This document shows, piece by piece, positions 6,657 through 10,981 of a DNA stretch of 10,981 nt (position 1 is the stretch's first letter; every line of letters begins with the position of its first letter). The notes beneath the pieces were generated by a model. That model was given only the letters and a program-made list of their open reading frames with translations, had not been told where the DNA came from and searched no databases. Origin of the DNA: a virus (Duplodnaviria > Heunggongvirae > Uroviricota > Caudoviricetes); IMG/VR virus record IMGVR_UViG_2778261688_000005, positions 1-10,981 of that record. The stretch is one strand, 5' to 3'. Both the position numbers and the translations under genes were made by a program.

Positions 6657-8639
6657 ATGTCAGATATCACCGCAAATGTTGTGGTAAGCATGCCTTCGCA
6701 ACTCTTCACTATGGCTCGTTCTTTTAAAGCCGTAGCCAATGGCAAAATTTATATCGGAAAAATTGACACTGACCCGGTAAATCCAGAAAACCAGATCCAG
6801 GTTTATGTGGAGAACGAAGATGGCTCTCATGTTCCTGTTTCGCAACCAATCATCATTAACGCTGCTGGATATCCGGTATATAACGGACAGATTGCCAAGT
6901 TCGTAACTGTGCAAGGCCATTCTATGGCTGTTTATGATGCGTACGGTGCGCAGCAGTTCTATTTTCCTAATGTGCTGAAGTATGACCCGGATCAGCTTGA
7001 GCAGAGGCTCTCTTCTTTTGATGGGCAAAAATATATAGGAGTATGTCCAGACATTGTCACATTACGAACAATAGAGCCAACGGTTGATGGCCAAATGATA
7101 ACTCTTAAGCAACACACAGATGGAACAGGGATTGGTGGTGGTAGATTTCGCGCTGTTTTACATGGTGAATCTTACTCTGATAACAACGGGACTATAGTTA
7201 AAACTGTTGGCGGCTCTGCTTGGTTGCGCATTAATGCTGATGTAGTAAACCCATTGATGTTTGGAGCTTATGGAGACGGTATTACTGATGACACGGAAGC
7301 TGTTAATAATGCAATTGCTTCATCAAGCAATATTGATGGCGTTGCAAACACATACCTTGTATCAGGTAATGGCATACAAATTCAGCATGGTAAAACATTT
7401 AAAAATGCAACAATAACTGAGTCGAAAGCAAGCAATGCCGTTATGCTGAGATTTACAGGTAGTAATTCGGCAATAGAAAACATTATTTTCGATGGTTCCA
7501 ATGGATTAACAAGCAGAGGGGTAATTGTCAACGCTGGTCTTTCTGATATACACATCTACAAATGCAGAGCGACTGACCTTAAAAAACCATTTGTAGGAGT
7601 GTCTGGAGACTATGATAATAATCTTTTCTGTGTTCGAGTAACAATTGAAAAATGTTTCGCCAATAACTGCGGAAATGATGGTACAAATTACGACCGTTCA
7701 ACAATAATATTTGACGGGGTTTCAGGTTGCACTGTAAAAGATTGCTATTTCAGCTCATGCAATTGGGGAATTACTTTCAGACAGCCGTATGACTACCCAG
7801 AGTTAACAAAACCTTATGCGTACTACAACAGAGTTGATGGTTGCTACTTATCCGGGAAGACCGGTTACCCATATAATCAGGGTATCAGCGCGCAAAGCCA
7901 AAAACATTTCTCAGCATCAGGAAACACGATAGAAGGATTTTTAGGTAACGCTATCGATAACCAAAGATGTGACTTTAGTCGCATCGAAAACAATAAACTT
8001 TCATCCGGAGATGATGGTATCTTTTTTGGTGATTTAAACTGCAAGGGCCACGTTGTGACTGGTAACGTGATTACTGGATGTGCAAGGGGTATTAGGGTTT
8101 ACGGTGCCGTTGGAGATTGGGCTAATCAGGCCATGACGGATATCACCATAACCGGTAACATAATAACGGACTCCACCGTAGTAGGCATCTATGTGTACCG
8201 CACGGAGCCGACTAACTCCTTTGCTGGTTTTAACATCACAGAAAATATCATAGACAACTCAGGCACAAGGTCGCTAACCGGCAACACACAAGGCATTCTC
8301 GTAACAGGGTTGTCAGGTGGCGTCGTGTCGAATAACGTTATACGCAATACACGCATGGAAGGGTTAAGGTTCGTTAACTCTGTCGGGGTTGTGGCTGTGG
8401 GTAATTCTGTGACTGGATTCGATTACTCTGCTACGGCGCAAGCTGGTATTTACATCGATGTAACTTCAAGAGGTATACAACTAAGAAATTCAACTGTTTC
8501 ATCTTCAGGTGGTTCAGGTGCAGCAGTTAGAGAAGCGGGCGTTAATAACACGGTCACCGGAACCAGATGGAATGGAGTCACTACTGGGGTTAACTCAACC
8601 GGCACAGGTGCTGTATTGGACGATAACGTTGGATTTTAA
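6657..8639 (+). CDS. Tailspike protein: P22-type head-binding N-terminal domain fused to a right-handed beta-helix (pectate-lyase-like) receptor-binding domain, a putative polysaccharide depolymerase
   Basis: From the ATG at 6657 (GGAG 7 nt upstream) the protein starts [59 protein letters not shown]...VLKYDPDQ, which matches the P22 gp9 N-terminus ([43 protein letters not shown]...). After about residue 115 it diverges into a sequence with a [21 protein letters not shown] motif and repetitive G/N/T/V-rich beta-helix-like segments. The ORF track starts at 6609, but the homology-supported start is 6657. Confidence 0.85.
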   Translation: MSDITANVVVSMPSQLFTMARSFKAVANGKIYIGKIDTDPVNPENQIQVYVENEDGSHVPVSQPIIINAAGYPVYNGQIAKFVTVQGHSMAVYDAYGAQQFYFPNVLKYDPDQLEQRLSSFDGQKYIGVCPDIVTLRTIEPTVDGQMITLKQHTDGTGIGGGRFRAVLHGESYSDNNGTIVKTVGGSAWLRINADVVNPLMFGAYGDGITDDTEAVNNAIASSSNIDGVANTYLVSGNGIQIQHGKTFKNATITESKASNAVMLRFTGSNSAIENIIFDGSNGLTSRGVIVNAGLSDIHIYKCRATDLKKPFVGVSGDYDNNLFCVRVTIEKCFANNCGNDGTNYDRSTIIFDGVSGCTVKDCYFSSCNWGITFRQPYDYPELTKPYAYYNRVDGCYLSGKTGYPYNQGISAQSQKHFSASGNTIEGFLGNAIDNQRCDFSRIENNKLSSGDDGIFFGDLNCKGHVVTGNVITGCARGIRVYGAVGDWANQAMTDITITGNIITDSTVVGIYVYRTEPTNSFAGFNITENIIDNSGTRSLTGNTQGILVTGLSGGVVSNNVIRNTRMEGLRFVNSVGVVAVGNSVTGFDYSATAQAGIYIDVTSRGIQLRNSTVSSSGGSGAAVREAGVNNTVTGTRWNGVTTGVNSTGTGAVLDDNVGF

Positions 8640-8641
8640 AA

Positions 8642-8666
8642 AAAGAGCGCCTTGTTGGCGCTCTTT
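8642..8666. terminator. Hairpin terminator between the convergent tailspike and acyltransferase genes
   Basis: AAAGAGCGCC-TTGTT-GGCGCTCTTT gives a 10-bp stem with a 5-nt loop. On the minus strand it is followed by a run of seven T (complement of AAAAAAA at 8638-8644), a strong intrinsic terminator for the acyltransferase transcript. On the plus strand only TTT follows. Confidence 0.6.
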
Positions 8667-8668
8667 AA

Positions 8669-9691
8669 TCACGTTATTATTTTCAATTTATTCTTTATCA
8701 TTATTGGTAAAATTGGTACTATAATTCCGAGAAAAACATACAATATAAATGAGAATTGATTGTATACATTATTTAGCTTCCCATGCTCATGGTTTTCAAA
8801 TCCAAAAAATAGAAATAATAAATTTAACATTGCAAAAACAGATAGATGCCATGACATTATTGTTTTCGAATTGTCTCCTATCATTTTCAATAATCTATTA
8901 TATTTAGATGATAGGATATTGGATATTATTAACACTACAAAGATACATATCAATGATGCTATTGATGTCATAATAAAACCAGATGGGTATGTTGACCATG
9001 CCATTGCACTTTGTTTTATCAATCCAAATGATATCATTGTTCCTGTTATAACTATCAAAATCATTGCTGATATTGGGTTATTTACTGTTAGTGATTGTTT
9101 TTTTAGTGAAAAGCCAAGTAGCATAAACATAGAACCATAAAGTGACTGTGCGGAAACATTATAAATTTGATATCCAGTCTCCTTAAATTTTACTGCGCAT
9201 ATGTTAAGCGCCACAAAGCCAATAATTATTGCAATTATAATTAACGTAATATTTTGGTGTTTAAACTCAGTAGTTACTGAGATTATAATCCTTGATATTA
9301 TTGATGATAAGTAATAAGCAAGCAAAAACCAACAAACAAGAAATAATGGGTTGTTGTGAAAGTTCTTTTCTAGTGGGTTGGTAGTGAACGGTTCGCCAAA
9401 ATACAGTCCTGTAAATTTATTTAGTGTTATTGCTAAAACTCCAGTTAGAATGTACGTAAAAACAATGTATGGGATTATTTTTTTTGATAGTTTTCTCAAT
9501 GCGTTGAACGTAACTATCTCATTTTTTAATGTCAATCCACCAACAAAAAAGAAAAAAGGCATGTGATATAAATACGGATGCATTACATTAAAGAACCCAC
9601 TTGTGTAATGACCTATCACAACAACTATTATGCCGATTGCCTTCATGTAACTTATGGACAAGCTTTGTTCATTGGTAATTTGGTGCATTTT
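8669..9691 (-). CDS. oac: Acyltransferase-3 family integral membrane protein, Oac-like O-antigen acetyltransferase (lysogenic conversion); the ORF extends to an ATG at 9733, but 9691 is the preferred start
   Basis: Polytopic hydrophobic protein of about 340 aa with a conserved His early in the first membrane segment (MKAIGIIVVVIGHY) and an FFFFVGG motif. It sits between tailspike and integrase, as oac does in Sf6 and the gtr genes do in P22. The gene is markedly AT-rich relative to its flanks. The second ATG is preceded by AAGAGA; the first has no Shine-Dalgarno sequence. Confidence 0.75.
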   Translation of the reverse strand, partial: KMHQITNEQSLSISYMKAIGIIVVVIGHYTSGFFNVMHPYLYHMPFFFFVGGLTLKNEIVTFNALRKLSKKIIPYIVFTYILTGVLAITLNKFTGLYFGEPFTTNPLEKNFHNNPLFLVCWFLLAYYLSSIISRIIISVTTEFKHQNITLIIIAIIIGFVALNICAVKFKETGYQIYNVSAQSLYGSMFMLLGFSLKKQSLTVNNPISAMILIVITGTMISFGLIKQSAMAWSTYPSGFIMTSIASLICIFVVLIISNILSSKYNRLLKMIGDNSKTIMSWHLSVFAMLNLLFLFFGFENHEHGKLNNVYNQFSFILYVFLGIIVPILPIMIKNKLKIIT

Positions 9692-9733
9692 TATCTCTTC
9701 ATTTCTATGTGGCAATATTTTCGCAAAAAACAT

Positions 9734-9823
9734 ACGAATGTTAATTTATTAATATACCAATAACATTTGAGTTAGTATGCAATTTTAAAATGTTTGTTCT
9801 ATGTGTGTGCTTTGGATGATATA
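9734..9823 (-). promoter_or_regulatory. AT-rich intergenic region upstream of the acyltransferase gene; likely promoter and possible attP location by synteny
   Basis: The minus strand contains TTGCAT (9777-9782) and an extended -10-like TGGTATATT (about 9751-9759), but the spacing between them is about 20 nt, which is too long. No tRNA-like core is visible. Confidence 0.25.
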
Positions 9824-10981
9824 TCACTCCACCTTTTCATCAAGCCAGTCCGCCCACCACTGCATCATTTCTCTGCGCTTATCTAGATATTGAGCATGGT
9901 TGTAAATCCCGCGCACAGATCCGCCGTTGGCATGTGCCAGTTGCACTTCAATAGCGTCAGCAGGCCATTCGTGCTCGTTCATAATCGTGCTGAATTCATG
10001 CCTGAATCCGTGACCGCTTTCCAGCCCCTCATAGCCGATTTGTTTGATCACAAGTAGCACCGCGTTCTCGCAGATTGGCTTCTTCTTATCGTTACGCCCT
10101 GCAAAAACAAACTCTGATACTGGTTTGGTGATGGAGCTTAACGTAGTGAGAAGTTCAACCACCTGGTCTGACATCGGGACCACATGAATTTTGCGTCCCT
10201 TCATCACATTGGCGTCGATGGTGATAATCCTGTTTTCAAAATCGACGTTCTTCCATAGCATGGAACGAAGCTCTTTTGTTCTGAGGGCTGTGTAGCGTAA
10301 AACTTTGGTCGCAATGAGCGATACGATACTTCCTGAAAATGTTGCCAGTGCTTTGTTAAATGCCGGGATCTGGTCTGCAGGAAGAAACGGGAAGTTCTTC
10401 TTGCGGTATCCTTTCATGGCGTCAGCAAGGTCAGGTGCCGGGTTATATTTAGCCCTGCCGGTGACAATAGCGTAACGGAAAACCTCGCCGCATCTTCTGC
10501 GGGCTTTATTTGCTCGCTCCATTGCGCCGCGATCTTCAAATCTGCGGATTACTTCCAGCAGTTGCATCGGCTCAATATCCTGAATTTCAAGGCCGCCGAT
10601 GATGGGTAAAATGTCGTCATCAAACATTTTGGCAAGTTCAGTTGCATAGCCTACTGACCAGACTTGCTTCTTGTGCTCGTACCATTCCTTGTAAATCGCA
10701 CTAAAGGAATTGTTGTTAGACGAAGCCTTTTTCGCCTTTACCGGATCGATGCCAACCGAGATGTCTTTCCTCGCAGTCCATGCTTTATCCCTTGCCTCTT
10801 GCAAAGTCATAAGCGGATATTTTCCGACGGTCAGGATTTTCTCCTTACCGTCAATCTTGTAGCGAAGCTGCCATACCTTTTTCCCGGATACAGGGACATA
10901 AAGGTACAGGCCATTACCATCGAGAAGGCGGTATGGTTTTTCTTTCGGCTTTGCTGCTTCAATCTGCTTAACGGTGAGCAT
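9824..10981 (-). CDS. int: Tyrosine site-specific integrase, P4-type (arm-binding N-terminal domain plus catalytic domain)
   Basis: 385-aa ORF. The N-terminus LTVKQIEAAKPKEKPYRLLDGNGLYLYVPVSGKKVWQLRYKIDGKE is the typical P4-family arm-binding domain. The C-terminus carries the catalytic residues in HGFRHEFST...LAHANGGSVRGIYNHAQY (R...HxxR...Y). The start ATG is the last codon of the window, so the true N-terminus could lie a few codons further upstream. Confidence 0.9.
   Translation of the reverse strand: MLTVKQIEAAKPKEKPYRLLDGNGLYLYVPVSGKKVWQLRYKIDGKEKILTVGKYPLMTLQEARDKAWTARKDISVGIDPVKAKKASSNNNSFSAIYKEWYEHKKQVWSVGYATELAKMFDDDILPIIGGLEIQDIEPMQLLEVIRRFEDRGAMERANKARRRCGEVFRYAIVTGRAKYNPAPDLADAMKGYRKKNFPFLPADQIPAFNKALATFSGSIVSLIATKVLRYTALRTKELRSMLWKNVDFENRIITIDANVMKGRKIHVVPMSDQVVELLTTLSSITKPVSEFVFAGRNDKKKPICENAVLLVIKQIGYEGLESGHGFRHEFSTIMNEHEWPADAIEVQLAHANGGSVRGIYNHAQYLDKRREMMQWWADWLDEKVE

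Noticed and set aside
6660-7028. Minus-strand 122-aa ORF inside the tailspike gene
   Set aside because: Antisense to the conserved head-binding domain coding sequence.
8509-9763. Plus-strand ORFs 8509..8724, 8760..9140, 9378..9566 and 9578..9763
   Set aside because: Antisense to the acyltransferase gene in very AT-rich DNA, where long spurious ORFs of Ile/Asn/Lys-rich sequence are expected. The minus-strand product has a coherent multi-span membrane topology, whereas these do not.
3301-9783. The heptamer ATGCAAT as a stand-alone regulatory word (seen near 3304, 6061, 6227, 6609, 7309 and 9777)
   Set aside because: It also occurs inside coding regions at a frequency that could be compositional, so the heptamer alone is not evidence. 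Only the dyad plus the shared 9-mer flanking mnt was kept as a finding.
9734-9823. Possible tRNA gene or tRNA-derived attP core between the acyltransferase and integrase genes
   Set aside because: I looked for a T-arm or acceptor-stem-like sequence and a CCA-adjacent GC-rich segment and found none; the region is uniformly AT-rich. Kept only as a synteny-based possibility in the findings.
1-10981. CRISPR arrays, rRNA or tRNA genes, and tandem repeats
   Set aside because: No regularly spaced direct repeats, no rRNA-like conserved segments and no cloverleaf-compatible tRNA-like sequences were seen on either strand.

Overview
This window reads as the right arm of a P22-like temperate podophage (prophage or phage genome) in an enterobacterial background, interrupted at its left edge by an IS66-family insertion sequence. 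Left to right: (1) an IS66-family element on the minus strand (tnpA, tnpB and the 5' part of the tnpC transposase, running off the window start) whose outer end lies near 1631; (2) a 33-codon 3' remnant of an upstream phage gene, probably the tail needle; (3) a tightly coupled plus-strand operon matching the P22 gene 14 / 7 / 20 / 16 order (the last three are ejection proteins); (4) a minus-strand Mnt-like ribbon-helix-helix repressor with no arc, ant or sieA; (5) a tailspike with the conserved P22-type head-binding N-terminus and a different beta-helix receptor-binding domain; (6) a hairpin terminator; (7) a strongly AT-rich acyltransferase-3 family membrane protein (Oac-like O-antigen acetyltransferase, a lysogenic-conversion cargo gene); (8) a P4-type tyrosine integrase whose start codon is the last three bases of the window. 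I found no rRNA, tRNA or CRISPR array. I do not see a clear multi-gene defence system. The parts least explained by ordinary phage biology are the orphan mnt with repeated dyad motifs on both of its flanks plus a 25-codon hydrophobic ORF, the swapped tailspike receptor-binding domain, and the AT-rich acyltransferase island. All family assignments are from recalled protein signatures and gene order, not from a database search.
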